Source: the human T2T-CHM13v2.0 reference genome, Homo sapiens. Taken from it: a stretch of DNA of 64,000 nt. This document shows positions 28,401-44,200 of this stretch, piece after piece. Made by a program: the position numbers and the translations under genes. Each line of letters begins with the position of its first letter. The first letter of the stretch is position 1. The notes beneath the pieces are model-generated. The model was not told the origin of the DNA, made no database searches, and saw only the letters and a list, made by a program, of their open reading frames with translations. The stretch lies in NCBI RefSeq assembly GCF_009914755.1, contig NC_060940.1; one strand, 5' to 3'.

Positions 28401-31290
28401 TTCATTTGATGATGATTCCTTTCAAGTTCATTAGATGATTCCATTCGATTCCATTTGATAATGATCCCATTCGAGTCTATTCAGTGATTCCACTCGTTTC
28501 CATTCCATGATGATTCCATTCCATTCCATTCAATGATTCCATTCGATTCCGTTTGATGATGATTTCATTCGAGTCCATTTGATGATTCCATTTGATTCCA
28601 TTTGATGATGATTACCTTCGAGTCCATACGATGATTCCACTCAATTCCATATGATGATGATTCCATTCGATTCCATTCGATGATTCCAGTCTATTCTATT
28701 CAATGGTGATTCCATTCGAGTACATTAGATGATTCCATTCGATTCCATTCAATGATGATTCTATTTGTGTCCCTTAGATGGTTCCACATGATTCCATTTC
28801 ATGATGATACTATTTGAGCCCATCCAATGATTCCCTTCGATTCCATTCGATGAGGATTCCATTCGATTCATTTCATTGGTGATTCTATTCAATTCAATTC
28901 TTTGATTCCATTCCATTCCATTCGACAATGATTCCATTCGATTTCTTTCGATGATTCCACTCGATTCCACTTGACATTGATTCCATTCGATTCCATTCAA
29001 TGATTCCGTTTGATTCCAGTGGATGATGATTGCCATCGATTCCATTCGATCACTCCATTCTATTCCATTTGATGATGATTACATTCGATTCCATTTGATG
29101 ATTCCATCTGATTCTATTCGAGGATTCCATTTGATTCCATTCGATGATGATTCCATTCGAGTGCATTCGATGATTTCATTCGAGTACATCCAATGATTCC
29201 ATTCGAGTCCATTTGATGATTCCATTTGATTCCATTTGATTATGATTCTACTAGAGTCCATTCAATGACTCCATTCGAATCCATTCAACAATTCCATTCG
29301 ACTCCATTTGATGATTCCATTCGATTCCATTTGATGATTCCATTCGAGTCCATTTAATCATTACAGACGAGTCCATTTGGTGATTCCACCGGATTTCTTT
29401 TGATAATGATACCATACAATTACATTTGATGATGATCCCATTCAATTTCATTTGATGATGATTCCATTAGAGTCCATTCGATGATTTCATTCGAGTCCCT
29501 TCACTGATTCCATCCGATTTCATTGGATGATGACTCCATTCGAGTCCATTCGATGATTCCACTCGATTCCATTAGATGATTCCATTGGAGTCCATTTGAT
29601 TGTTCCATTCGATTCCATTCGATTCCTTTCGAAGATTATTCCATTTGAGTCCATTCGATGATGATTCCATTCCATTCCATTCGATGATTCCGTTTGATTC
29701 CATTCGATGATTCCCTTCGATTCCTTTCTTTGATGATTCCATTCCATTCCATTCAATGATTCCATTCGAATCTATTCCATGATGATTCCTTTCGATTCCA
29801 TTCGCTGATGTTTCTGTTCAATTCCATTCGATGATGATTCCATTCGATTCCATTCATTGAGGATTCCATTTGATTCCATTCAATGATGATTCCGTTCTAT
29901 TCCATTCAATGATTGCATTCAATTCCATTCAATGATTATCCCCTTAGAGTAAACTCAACGATTCCATTCAATACCATTCGATGATGATTCCTTTTGAGTC
30001 CATTCAATGATTTCATTCAAGTCCATTTGATGATTCCTTTCAATTCCATTCTATGATGATTCCATTCGAGTCCATTCGATGATTCCATTCGATTGCATTC
30101 GATGATTCCATTATATTCCATTCAACGATGATTCCATTCGAGTCCATTCGATGATTCCATTAGAGTACATTTAATGATTGCTTTGTTTTCAATTCGAAGA
30201 TGATTACATTGGATTCCATTCTATGATACCATTCGATTCCATTCAATGATGATTCCACTCAAATCCATTGGATGATTCCATTCGTGTCCATTCGGTGATT
30301 TCATTAGATTCCATTCGAGGATGATTCCATTCGATTCCATTCGATGATTCCATTCAATTCCATTCGATGATGATTCCATTCCAGTCCATATGATCATTCC
30401 ATTTGATTTCATTCGATGATGATTCCATTCGATTCCATTCGATGATTCCATTCTATTCCATTCGATGATGATTCCATTCGAGTCCATTCGATGATTCCAT
30501 TCGAGTCCATTTAATGATTCCATTGGGTTCAATTCAATGATGATTACATTGGATTCCGTTCTATGATTCCATTCAATTCCGTTCATTGACAATTTGATTC
30601 CATTCGATGATGATTCCATTTGAGTTCATTCGATGATTCTATTCGATTCTCTTCGATGGTGATTCAATTCTATTATATTGGATGATTCCATTCGATTCCA
30701 TTTGATGTTGATTCAATTCGATTCTATTCGATGATGATTCCATTGGATTTCACTTGATGATTCTATTCGATTCCATTCAATGATGATTCACTTCTCGTCC
30801 ATTGGATGATTCCATTTCATTCCATTCGATGATGATTCCATTCGATTCCATTCGATGATTCCATTTGATTCCATGCGACGGTGAGCAATTCGATTCAATT
30901 CCATGATGATTCTATTTGATTCAATTAGATGATGTTTCCATTCGAATCCATTCCATGATTATTCCATTGGAATCCATTCGGCGATGATTCCATATGAGTC
31001 AATTCAATGATGATTCCATATGGGTCCGTTCGATGATAATTCCATTTGATTTCATTCGGTGCTTCTATTCAATTCCAGTCGATGATGATTCCGTTGGAGT
31101 CCATACGATGATTCCATTTGATTTCATTTGATGATGATTCCATTCGATGATGATTACATTGGATTCCATTCTATGATTCCATTCAATTCCATTCGTTGAT
31201 GATTCGATTCCATTCAATGATGATTCCATTTGAGTTCATTCGATGATTCTATTCGATTCCGTTCGATGGTGATTCAATTCTCTTATATTG
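25428..31290 (+). repeat. Type C unit 1 (5,863 bp): indel variant of the 6,112-bp unit
   Basis: 6112 -3 +16 +3 -72 -23 -170 = 5863, matching landmark spacing 25563 to 31426. Confidence 0.9.
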
Positions 31291-34200
31291 GATGATTCCA
31301 CTCGATTCCATTTGATGATTATTCCATTGGAGTCCACTTAGTGAATCCTTTAGATTCTACTCGAAGATGATTCCATTCGAGTCCATTCGATGATACCATT
31401 CAATTCCATTCGTTGATGCTTCCATTCAAGTGCATTCGATGATATCATTCGATTCCATTTGATGATAATTCCATTTGATTCCATGCGATGATTCTATTCG
31501 ATTCCATTCAATGATAATTCCATTCAATTCAGTGATTCCTCTGGACTCCATTTGATGATGATTCCATTCAATGATTCCATTCGATTCTATTCGAAAATGA
31601 TTCCATTTGAATCCATTTGATGATGATTCCATTAGATTCCATTTGATGATTCCATTCGATTCCATTTGACGATGATTCCATTCGATTCCATTTGATGATT
31701 CCATTCTATTCTATTCGATGATGATTCCATTCGATTCCATTTGATGATGATTGGATTCGATTCCATTTGATGATTTCATTTGATTCCATTCGTTAATGAT
31801 TTCGATCAACTCCATTCGATGATTCCATTTGATTCCATTCGATAATGATTACATCCGAGTCCATTCGATGATTCCATTTGAGCCCGTTCGATAATTCCAT
31901 TTGAGTCCAATCAATGATTCCATTCATTTCCATTCAATGATTCCATTCGAGTCCATTTGATCATTCTGGTAGGGTCCGTTCGATGTTGATTCCATTGGAG
32001 TGCATTCGATGATTCCATTCGAGTCCATTTTATGATTTGATTCGAGTCCTTTCGATGATTCCATTCGATTCCACTCGATGATGATTTCATTCGAGTCCAT
32101 TCGACACTTCCAATCGATTCCATTTGATGTTTCCATTCGAGTCCAATTGATGATTCCATTCAATTCCATTCGATGATGATTCCGTACGATTCCATTCTGT
32201 GATGATTCCATGTGATTGCATTCAATGATGATTCCTTTCGATTGCATTCGATTATGATTCATTTCGTGTTCATTCTATGGTTCCACAGGTTTCCATTCGA
32301 TGACGTTTCCGTTCGTGTCCATTCCATTATTCCATTCTATTTCATTTGATGATGATTCCATTCGATTCCATTCATTGGTGATTCCACTCAATTCCATTCA
32401 ATGATTCCATTCCATTTCTTTCAACAATGATTCCCTTAGTTTCTATTCGATGATCCACTTGATTCCATTTGGCGATGATTCCATTCGTGTCCATTCGATG
32501 ATTCCATTTGATTCCATATGATGATGATTCCATTCGATTCCATATCATGATGATTCCATTCGACTCCATTCAATGGTGATTCCATTCAATTCCATTCGAT
32601 GATTCCTTCCGATTCCATTCGATGATGATGGCATTCGATTCCTTTCAATCATTCCCTTTGATTCCACTCAAAGGTGATTTCATTCAAGTCCATTCGATAA
32701 TTGCATTCGATTCCATTCTATGATGATTCCATTCGAGTCCATTTGATGATTCCATTCAATTCAAGTCAATGATGATTCCATTCGATTCCACTCGATGATT
32801 CCATTGGATTCCATTCGATGATGATTCCATTCAAATCCATTCGATAATTCAATTCAAGTCCATTCGATGATGATTCCAATCGAATCCATTCAAAGATTCC
32901 ATTCAATTCCATTCGATGATGATTCCCTTAGATTCCATTCGATGATTCCACTTGATTCCATTTACGATGATTCCATTCGATTCCATGTGATGAATCCATT
33001 CAATTCTATTCAATGATGTTTCCATTTGATTCCATTGGACCATGATTGCCTTTGATTCCATTCAATGATTCCATTCGGTTCCATTTGATGATGATTCCGT
33101 TCGATTCCATTTCATTATTCCATTTGATTCCATTGGATGAGTCCATTCGATTACATTCGATGATTATTCCATTCGAGTGCATTAGATGATTGCATTCGAG
33201 TCCATTCGATGATTCCATTCGATTCCATTCGATGTTGATTCTGTTCAAATCCATTCGATGATTCCACTCGATTCCATTCGATGACTCCATTTGATCCCAT
33301 TCGATGATTTCCTGTGATTCCCTTTGATGATCATTCTATTTGATTCAATTCGGTGATTTCATTTCATTCCATTCAGTGATGTTTCCATTCGACTGTATTC
33401 GATGATGATTCCATTCGACTCCATTCGATTATGATTTCATTCAATTCCATTCAATAATGATTCCCTTCGAGTCCATTCGATGATTCCATTCGATTCCATT
33501 CAACGATGATTTGATTCGTTTCCATTCGATGATTCCATTTGATTCCACTTGATGATGATTCCATTCGAGTCCATTTGATGATTCCATTCGAGTCTATTTA
33601 TGTATTATATTCGTGTCCACTTCATGATTCCATTCAATTCCATTTAATGTTGATTCCATTTGATTCCATTTGATGATTCAGTTCGATTCCTTGCAATGAT
33701 TCCCTACGATTCCTTTCTATGATGATTCCATTCGATTCCATTCATTGATGATTTCATTCGACTCCATTCGATGATGATTCCTTACGTTTCCATTTGACGA
33801 TGTTTCCCTTCGAGTCCATTCGATGATGATTCTATTCAATTCTGTTCTATTATGATTCCATTCGATTTCATTCAATGCTTCTATTTGATTCCATTCGATG
33901 ATGATTCCATCTCTTTCCCTTCGATGATTCCATTTGATTCCATTCAGTGATGATTCCATTTGATTCCATCTGATGATGATTTCACTTGATTCCTTTCAAT
34001 GATGATTCAATTCAAGCCCATTCAATGATTCCATTGGAGTCCAAACGATCATTCCGTTCGATTCCATTCAATGGTGATTCCATTCATGTCCATTCGATGA
34101 ATCCATTCAATTCCATTCGATGATGACTCCATTCGAGTACATTCGATGATTCCATTTGATTCCATTTGAAGATGATTCCATTCAATTCCATTCGAAGATG

Positions 34201-35420
34201 ATTCCATTCAATTCCATTCGATGATGATTCCGTATGAATCCATTCTCTGATTATTCCATTCGATTCCATTCATTGACGATTCCATTCAATTCCATTCAAT
34301 GATGATTCTCTTCTATTCCATTCGATGATTCCGGTCGATTCCATTCGATGATGATTCCATTAGATTCCATTCGATTGTTGCATTCGATTCCCTTCGATGA
34401 TGATTCCTTTGAATTCCATTCGATTATCATTCCGTATGAATCCATTTGATGATTATTCCATTGGATTCCTTTCGATGATGATTCCATTCGATTCCATTTG
34501 ATGATGTTTCTCTTGTATTCCATTGGATAATTCCTTTCAGTTCCCTTCGATGATTATTCTTTCGAGTCAATTCGATGATTCTATTCCATTCCCTTCGATG
34601 ATGATTCCATTTCACTCCATTTGATGATTCCATTCGACTCAATTTGGTGATGATTCAATTCGATGACATTCGATGACTCCATTCAATTTCATTTGATGAT
34701 GATTACATTCGAGTCCATTTGATGATTGTATTCCTTTCCTTTTGATGATTATTCCATTCGTGTCTATTCAAAGATTCCATTCTATTCCATTCAATGATGA
34801 TTGCATTTGATTCCATTCAATGATTATGGCTATCGATTCCACTCGTTGATTCCATTTGATTCCGTTCGATGATTATTCCGTTAGATTCCATTAGAAGATT
34901 CCATTCGATTTTATTCAATGATTCCAATGGATTCCATTCAATGATGATTCCATTCGACTCCATTCAGTGATTCCATTCGAGTCCATTTGATGATTCCATT
35001 CTTTTCCATTTGATGATGATTCCATTAGGGTCCATTCAATGATTCCATTCGAGTCCATTCGTTAATGCCTTTCGAGTCCTTTTGATCACTACATTCGAGT
35101 CCATTCAATGATTCTATTCGATTCCATTCCATGATGATTCCATTCGAGTTCATTCGATGATTGCATTCGAGTCCATTTGATGATTCCATATGATTCCCTT
35201 CGACAATGATTCCATTCGTGTCCATTTGATGATTCCATTCATTTCCTATCGATGAAGATTCCATTCAAGTGTATTCGATGATTCCATTCAAATCCATTCG
35301 ATGATGATTCCATTCCAGTCCATTCGATCATTCCACTTGATTCCATTTGATGACTATTGCATTCAAATCCATTTGATGATTCCATTCGATTCCATTCGAT
35401 GTTACCATTCGAGTATATAC
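31291..35420 (+). repeat. Type B unit 2 (4,130 bp), with block X copy 2 at 33590-35420
   Basis: Spacing 31426 to 35556 is 4130. X markers lie +9993 from copy 1. Confidence 0.9.
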
Positions 35421-38400
35421 GATGATTCCACTCGATTCCATTTGATGATTATTCCATTGGAGTCCACTTAGTGAATCCTTTAGATTCTACTGGAAGATGA
35501 TTCCATTCGAGTCCATTCGATGATACCATTCAATTCCATTCGTTGATGCTTCCATTCAAGTGCATTCGATGATATCATTCGATTCCATTTGATGATAATT
35601 CCATTTGATTCCATGCGATGATTCTATTCGATTCCATTCAATGATAATTCCATTCAATTCAGTGATTCCTCTGGACTCCATTTGATGATGATTCCATTCA
35701 ATGATTCCATTCGATTCTATTCGAAAATGATTCCATTTGAATCCATTTGATGATGATTCCATTGGATTCCATTTGATGATTCCATTCGATTCCATTCGAT
35801 GATGATTCCATTCGATTCCATTTGATGATTCCATTCTATTGCATTCGATCATGATTCCATTCGATTCCATTCGATGATGATTGGATTCGATTCCATTTGA
35901 TTCCATTCGATAATGATTTCGATCAATTCCATTCGATGATTCCATTCGATTCCATTCGATAATGATTACATCCGAGTCCATTCGATGATTCCATTTGAGC
36001 CCGTTCGATAATTCCATTTGAGTCCAATCAATGATTCCATTCATTTCCATTCAATGATTCCATTCGAGTCCATTTGATCATTCCGGTAGGGTCCGTTCGA
36101 TGTTGATTCCATTGGAGTGCATTCGATGATTCCATTCGAGTCCATTTTAGGATTTGATTCGAGTCCTTTCGATGATTCCATTCGATTCCACTCGATGATT
36201 TCATTCGAGTCCATTCGACACTTCCAATCGATTCCATTTGATGTTTCCATTCGATTCCAATTGATGATTCCATTCAATTCCATTCGATGATGATTCCGTA
36301 CGATTCCATTCTGTGATGATTCCATGTGATTGCATTCAATGATGATTCCTTTCGATTGCATTCGATTATGATTCATTTCGTGTTCATTCTATGGTTCCAC
36401 AGGTTTCCATTCGATGATGTTTCCATTCGTGTCCATTCCATTATTCCATTCTATTCCATTTGAAGATGATTCCATTCGATTCCATTCATTGGTGATTCCA
36501 CTCAATTCCATTCAATGATTCCATTCCATTTCTTTCAACAATGATTCCATTAGTTTCTATTCGATGATCCACTTGATTCCATTTGACGATGATTCCATTC
36601 GTGTCCATTCGATGATTCCATTTGATTCCATATGATGATGATTCCATTCGATTCCACACGATGATGATTCCATTCGAGTCCATTCAATGGTGATTCCATT
36701 CAATTCCATTCGATGATTCCTTTCGATTCCATTCAATGATGATGGCATTCGATTCCTTTCGATCATTCCCTTTGATTCCATTCAAAGGTGATTTCATTCA
36801 AGTCCATTCGATAATTGCATTCGAAACCATTCTATGATGATTCCATTCGAGTCCATTTGATGATTCCATTCAATTCAAGTCAATGATGATTCCATTCGAT
36901 TCCACTCGATGATTCCATTGGATTCCATTCGATGATGATTCCATTCAAATCCATTCGATAATTCAATTCAAGTCCATTCGATGATGATTCCAATCGAATC
37001 CATTCAAAGATTCCACTCAATTCCATTCGATGATGATTCCCTTAGATTCCATTCGATGATTCCACTTGATTCCATTTACGATGATTCCATTCGATTCCAT
37101 GTGATGATTCCATTCAATTCTATTCAATGATGTTTCCACTTGATTCCATTCGAACATGATTGCCTTTGATTCCATTCAATGATTCCATACGGTTCCATTT
37201 GATGATGATTCCATTCGAGTGCATTAGATGATTCCATTCGAGTCCATTCGATGATTCCATTCGATTCCATTCGATGTTGATTCCGTTCAAATCCATTCGA
37301 TGATTCCACTCGATTCCATTCGATGACTCCATTTGATCCCATTCGATGATTTCCTTTGATTCCCTTTGATGATCATTCCATTTGATTCAATTCGGTGATT
37401 TCATTTGATTCCATTCAGTGATGTTTCCATTCAACTCCTTTCGATGATGATTCCATTCGACTCCATTCGATTATGATTTCATTCAATTCCATTCGATAAT
37501 GATTCCCTTCAAGTCCATTCGATGATTCCATTCGATTCCATTCAACGATGATTTGATTCGTGTCCATTCGATGATTCCATTTGATTCCATTTGATGATGA
37601 TTCCATTCGAGTCCCTTTGATGATTCCATTCAATTCCATTCTCCGATGATTTCTTTTGAGCCCATTCAATGCTTCCACTCGATTCCATATGATGATGAAT
37701 CCATTTGATGAAATTCCATGATGATTCCATTCGCTTGCATTCGATGATGATTCCACTTGAGTCCGTTAGAAGATTCTATTCAATTACATTCCATGACGAT
37801 TCTGTTCGAGTCCATTTGATGATTCCATTAGACTCCATTCGACGATGATTCCATTCGATGTTATTCGATGATGATTCCATTCAACTCCATTCGATGTTTC
37901 CATTCGAGTTCATTCTATTATTCCATTAGATTCCATTCGATGATGATTCCATTCGATTCCATTTGATGATTGCATTCTATTTCATTTGATGATGATTCCA
38001 TTCGAGTCCATTCGATGATTCCATTCGAGTCCATTTAATGAATCCATTGGTTTCAATTCTATGATGATTACATTGGATTCCATACGTGGATGATTTCATT
38101 CGATTCCATTCAATGATGATTCCATTCAATTCCATTCAATGATTCCATTCAATTCCATACGATGATGATTCCATTTGATTTGATTCGACAGTGAGCCATT
38201 CGATTCAATTCCATGATGATTCTATTTTATTCAATTGGTTGACATTTCCATTCGATTCCATTCGATGGTGATTCCATTTGATTCCATTCAAAGATGATTC
38301 CATTCTAGCCCATTCAATCATTCCATTCGATTCTATTCAATGATGATTCCATTCATGTCGATTTGGTGATTCCATTTGACTTCATTTGATGATGATTCCT

Positions 38401-41260
38401 TTCAAGTTCATTAGATGATTCCATTCGATTCCATTTGATGATGATCCCATTCGAGTCCATTCAGTGATTCCACTCGTTTCCATTCCATGATGATTCCATT
38501 CCTTTCCATTCAATGATTCCATTCGATTCCGTTTGATGATGATTTCATTCGAGTCCATTTGATGATTCCATTTGATTCCATTCGATGATGATTACATTCG
38601 AGTCCATACGATGATTCCACTCAATTCCATATGATGATGATTCCATTCGATTCCATTCGATGATTCCATTCTATTCTATTCAATGGTGATTCCATTCGAG
38701 TACATTAGATGATTCCATTCGATTCCATTCAATGATGATTCTATTTGTGTCCCTTAGATGGTTCCACATGATTCCATTTCATGATGATACTATTTGAGCC
38801 CATCCAATGATTCCCTTCGATTCCATTCGATGAGGATTCCATTCGATTCAATTCATTGGTGATTCTATTCAATTCAATTCTTTGATTCCATTCCATTCCA
38901 TTCGACAATGATTCCATTCGATTTCTTTCGATGATTCCACTCGATTCCACTTGACATTGATTCCATTCGATTCCATTCAATGATTCCGTTTGATTCCAGT
39001 GGATGATGATTGCCATCGATTCCATTCGATCACTCCATTCTATTCCATTTGATGATGATTACATTCGATTCCATTTGATGATTCCATCTGATTCTATTCG
39101 AGGATTCCATTTGATTCCATTCGATGATGATTCCATTCGAGTGCATTCGATGATTTCATTCGAGTACATCCAATGATTCCATTCGAGTCCATTTGATGAT
39201 TCCATTTGATTCCATTTGATTATGATTCTACTAGAGTCCATTCAATGACTCCATTCGAATCCATTCAACAATTCCATTCGAGGCCATTCGATGATTCCAT
39301 TTCATGATTCCATTCGAGTCCATTTAATCATTACAGTCGAGGCCATTTGGTGATTCCACTGGATTTCTTTTGATAATGATACCATTCAATTACATTTGAT
39401 GATGATCCCATCCAATTTCATTTGATGGTGATTCCATTAGAGTCCATTCGATGATTTCATTCGAGTCCCTTCATTGATTCCATCCGATTTCATTTGATGA
39501 TGACTCCATTCGAGTCCATTCGATGATTCCACTCGATTCCATTAGATGATTCCATTGGAGTCCATTTGATTGTTCCATTCGATTCTATTCGATTCCTTTC
39601 GAAGATTATTCCGTTTGAGTCCATTCGATGATGATTCCATTCCATTCCATTCGATGATTCCGTTTGATTCCATTCGATGATTCCCTTCGATTCCTTTCTT
39701 TGATGATTCCATTCCATTCCATTCAATGATTCCATTCGAATCTATTCCATGATGATTCCTTTCGATTCCATTCGCTGATGTTTCCGTTCAATTCCATTCG
39801 ATGATGATTCCATTCGATTCCATTCATTGAGGATTCCATTGGATTCCATTCAATGATGATTCCATTCTATTCCATTCAATGATTGCATTCAATTCCATTC
39901 AATGATTATCCCCTGAGAGTAAACTCAACGATTCCATTCAATACCATTCGATGATGATTCCTTTTGAGTCCATTCAATGATTTCATTCAAGTCCATTTGA
40001 TGATTCCTTTCAATTCCATTCTATGATGATTCCATTCGAGTCCATTCGATGATTCCATTCGATTGCATTCGATGATTCCATTATATTCCAGTCAACGATG
40101 ATTCCATTCGAGTCCATTCGATGATTCCATTAGAGTACATTTAATGATTGCTTTGTTTTCAATTCGAAGATGATTACATTGGATTCCATTCTATGATACC
40201 ATTCGATTCCATTCAATGATGATTCCACTCAAATCCATTGGATGATTCCATTCGTGTCCATTCGGTGATTTCATTAGATTCCATTCGAGGATGATTCCAT
40301 TCGATTCCATTCGATGATTCCATTCAATTCCATTCGATGATGATTCCATTCCAGTCCATATGATCATTCCATTTGATTTCATTCGATGATGATTCCATTC
40401 GATTCCATTCGATGATTCCATTCTATTCCATTCGATGATGATTCCATTCGAGTCCATTCGATGATTCCATTCGAGTCCATTTAATGATTCCATTGGGTTC
40501 AATTCAATGATGATTACATTGGATTCCGTTCTATGATTCCATTCAATTCCGTTCATTGACAATTTGATTCCATTCGATGATGATTCCATTTGAGTTCATT
40601 CGATGATTCTATTCGATTCTCTTCGATGGTGATTCAATTCTATTATATTGGATGATTCCATTCGATTCCATTTGATGTTGATTCAATTCGATTCTATTCG
40701 ATGATGATTCCATTGGATTTCACTTGATGATTCTATTCGATTCCATTCAATGATGATTCACTTCTCGTCCATTGGATGATTCCATTTCATTCCATTCGAT
40801 GATGATTCCATTCGATTCCATTCGATGATTCCATTTGATTCCATGCGTCGGTGAGCAATTCGATTCAATTCCATGATGATTCTATTTGATTCAATTAGAT
40901 GATGTTTCCATTCGAATCCATTCCATGATTATTCCATTGGAATCCATTTGGCGATGATTCCATATGAGTCAATTCAATGATGATTCCATATGGGTCCGTT
41001 CGATGATAATTCCATTTGATTTCATTCGATGCTTCTATTCTATTCCAGTCGATGATGATTCTGTTGGAGTCCATACGATGATTCCATTTGATTTCATTTG
41101 ATGATGATTCCATTCGATGATGATTACATTGGATTCCATTCTATGATTCCATTCAATTCCATTCGTTGATGATTCGATTCCATTCAATGATGATTCCATT
41201 TGAGTTCATTCGATGATTCTATTCGATTCCGTTCGATGGTGATTCAATTCTATTATATTG
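35421..41260 (+). repeat. Type C unit 2 (5,840 bp)
   Basis: 5863 minus 13 bp (~35900) minus 10 bp (~39300) is 5840, matching spacing 35556 to 41396. Confidence 0.9.
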
Positions 41261-44200
41261 GATGATTCCACTCGATTCCATTTGATGATTATTCCATTGG
41301 AGTCCACTTAGTGAATCCTTTAGATTCTACTCGAAGATGATTCCATTCGAGTCCATTCGATGATACAATTCAATTCCATTCGTTGATGCTTCCATTCAAG
41401 TGCATTCGATGATATCATTCGATTCCATTTGATGATAATTCCATTTGATTCCATGCGATGATTCTATTCGATTCCATTCAATGATAATTCCATTCAATTC
41501 AGTGATTCCTCTGGACTCCATTTGATGATGATTCCATTCAATGATTCCATTCGATTCTATTCCAAAATGATTCCATTTGAATCCATTTGATGATGATTCC
41601 ATTAGATTCCATTTGATGATTCCATTCGATTCCATTTGACGATGATTCCATTCGATTCCATTTGATGATTCCATTCTATTCTATTCGATGATGATTCCAT
41701 TCGATTCCATTCGATGATGATTGGATTCGATTCCATTTGATGATTTCATTTGATTCCATTCGTTAATGATTTCGATCAATTCCATTCGATGATTCCATTC
41801 GATTCCATTCGATAATGATTACATCCGAGTCCATTCGGTGATTCCATTTGAGCCTGTTCGATAATTCCATTTGAGTCCAACCAATGATTCCATTCATTTC
41901 CATTCAATGATTCCATTCGAGTCCATTTGATCATTCCGGTAGGGTCCGTTCGATGTTGATTCCATTGGAGTGCATTCGATGATTCCATTCGAGTCCATTT
42001 TATGATTTGATTCGAGTCCTTTCGATGATTCCATTCGATTCCACTCGATGATGATTTCATTCGAGTCCATTCGACACTTCCAATCGATTCCACTTGATGT
42101 TTCCATTCGAGTCCAATTGATGATTCCATTCAATTCCATTTGATGATGATTCCGTACGATTCCATTCTGTGATGATTCCATGTGATTGCATTCAATGATG
42201 ATTCCTTTCGATTGCATTCGATTATGATTCATTTCGTGTTCATTCTATGGTTCCACAGGTTTCCATTCGTGTCCATTCCATTATTCCATTCTATTCCATT
42301 TGATGATGATTCCATTCGATTCCATTCATTGGTGATTCCACTCAATTCCATTCAATGATTCCATTCCATTTCTTTCAACAATGATTCCATTAGTTTCTAA
42401 TCGATGATCCACTTGATTCCATTTGATGACGATTCCATTCTCGTCCATTCGATGATTCCATTTGATTCCATATGATGATGATTCCATTCGATTCCATACG
42501 ATGATGATTCCATTCGAGTCCATTCAATGGTGATTCCATTCAATTCCATTCGATGATTCCTTTTGATTCCATTCGATGATGATGGCATTCGATTCCTTTC
42601 AATCATTCCCTTTGATTCCATTCAAAGGTGATTTCATTCAAGTCCATTCGATAATTGCATTCGATTCCATTCTATGATGATTCCATTCGAGTCCATTTGA
42701 TGATTCCATTCAATTCAAGTCAATGATGATTCCATTCGATTCCATTCGATGATTCCATTGGATTCCATTCGATGATGATTCCATTCAAATCCATTCGATA
42801 ATTCAATTCAAGTCCATTCGATGATGATTAAAATCGAATCCATTCAAAGATTCCATTCAGTTCCATTCGATGATTCCCTTAGATTCCATTCGATGATTCC
42901 ACTTGATTGCATTTACGATGATTCCATTCGATTCCATGTGATGATTCCATTCAATTCTATTCAATGCTGTTTCCATTTGATTCCATTCGACCATGATTGC
43001 CTTTGATTCCATTCAATGACTCCATTCGGTTCCTTTTGATGATGATTCCATTCGATTCCATTTCATTATTCCATTTGATTCCATTGGATGAGTCCATTCG
43101 ATTACATTCGATGATTATTCCATTCGAGTGCATTAGATGATTCCATTCGAGTCCATTCGATGATTCCATTCGATTCCATTCGATGTTGATTCTGTTCAAA
43201 TCCATTCGATGATTCCACTCGATTCCATTCGATGACTCCAGTTGATCCCATTCGATGATTTCCTTTGATTCCCTTTGATGATCATTCCATTTGATTCAAT
43301 TCGGTGATTTCATTTGATTCCATTCAGTGATGTTTCCATTCGACTCCATTCGATGATGATTCCATTCGACTCCATTCGATTATGATTTCATTCAATTCCA
43401 TTCGATAATGATTCCCTTCGAGTCCATTCGATGATTCCATTCGATTCCATTCAACGATGATTTGATTCGTGTCCATTCGATGATTCCATTTGATTCCACT
43501 TGATGATGATTCCATTCGAGTCCATTTGATGATTCCATTCAATTCCATTCTCCGATGATTTCTTTTGAGCCCACTCAATGCTTCCACTCGATTCCATATG
43601 ATGATGACTCCATTCGATGAAATTCGATGATGATTCCATTCGCTTGCATTCGATGATGATTCCACTTGAGTCCATTAGAAGATTCTATTCAATTACATTC
43701 CATGACGATTCCGTTCGAGTCCATTTGATGATTCCATTAGACTCCATTCGACGATGATTCCATTCGATGTTATTCGATGATTCCATTCGATCTCATTCGA
43801 TGATGATTCCATTCAACTCCATTCGATGTTTCCATTCGAGTTCATTCTATTATTCCATTAGATTCCATTCGATGATGATTCCATTCGATTCCATTTGATG
43901 ATTGCATTCTATTTCATTTGATGATGATTCCATTCGAGTCCACTCGATGATTCCATTCGAGTCCATTTAATGAATCCATTGGTTTCAATTCTATGATGAT
44001 TACATTGGATTCCATTCGTTGATGATTTCATTCGGTTCCATTCAATGATGATTCCATTCAATTCCTTTCAATGTTTCCATTCAATTCCATACGATGATGA
44101 TTCCATTTGATTTGATTCGACAGTGAGCCATTCGATTCAATTCCATGATGATTCTATTTGATTCAATTGGTTGACATTTCCATTCGATTCCATTCGATGA

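Noticed and set aside
3664-43006. Two plus-strand ORFs (3664-3870, 42821-43006)
   Set aside because: These are chance stop-free stretches created by single-copy SNPs and do not appear in the ORF track for homologous units.
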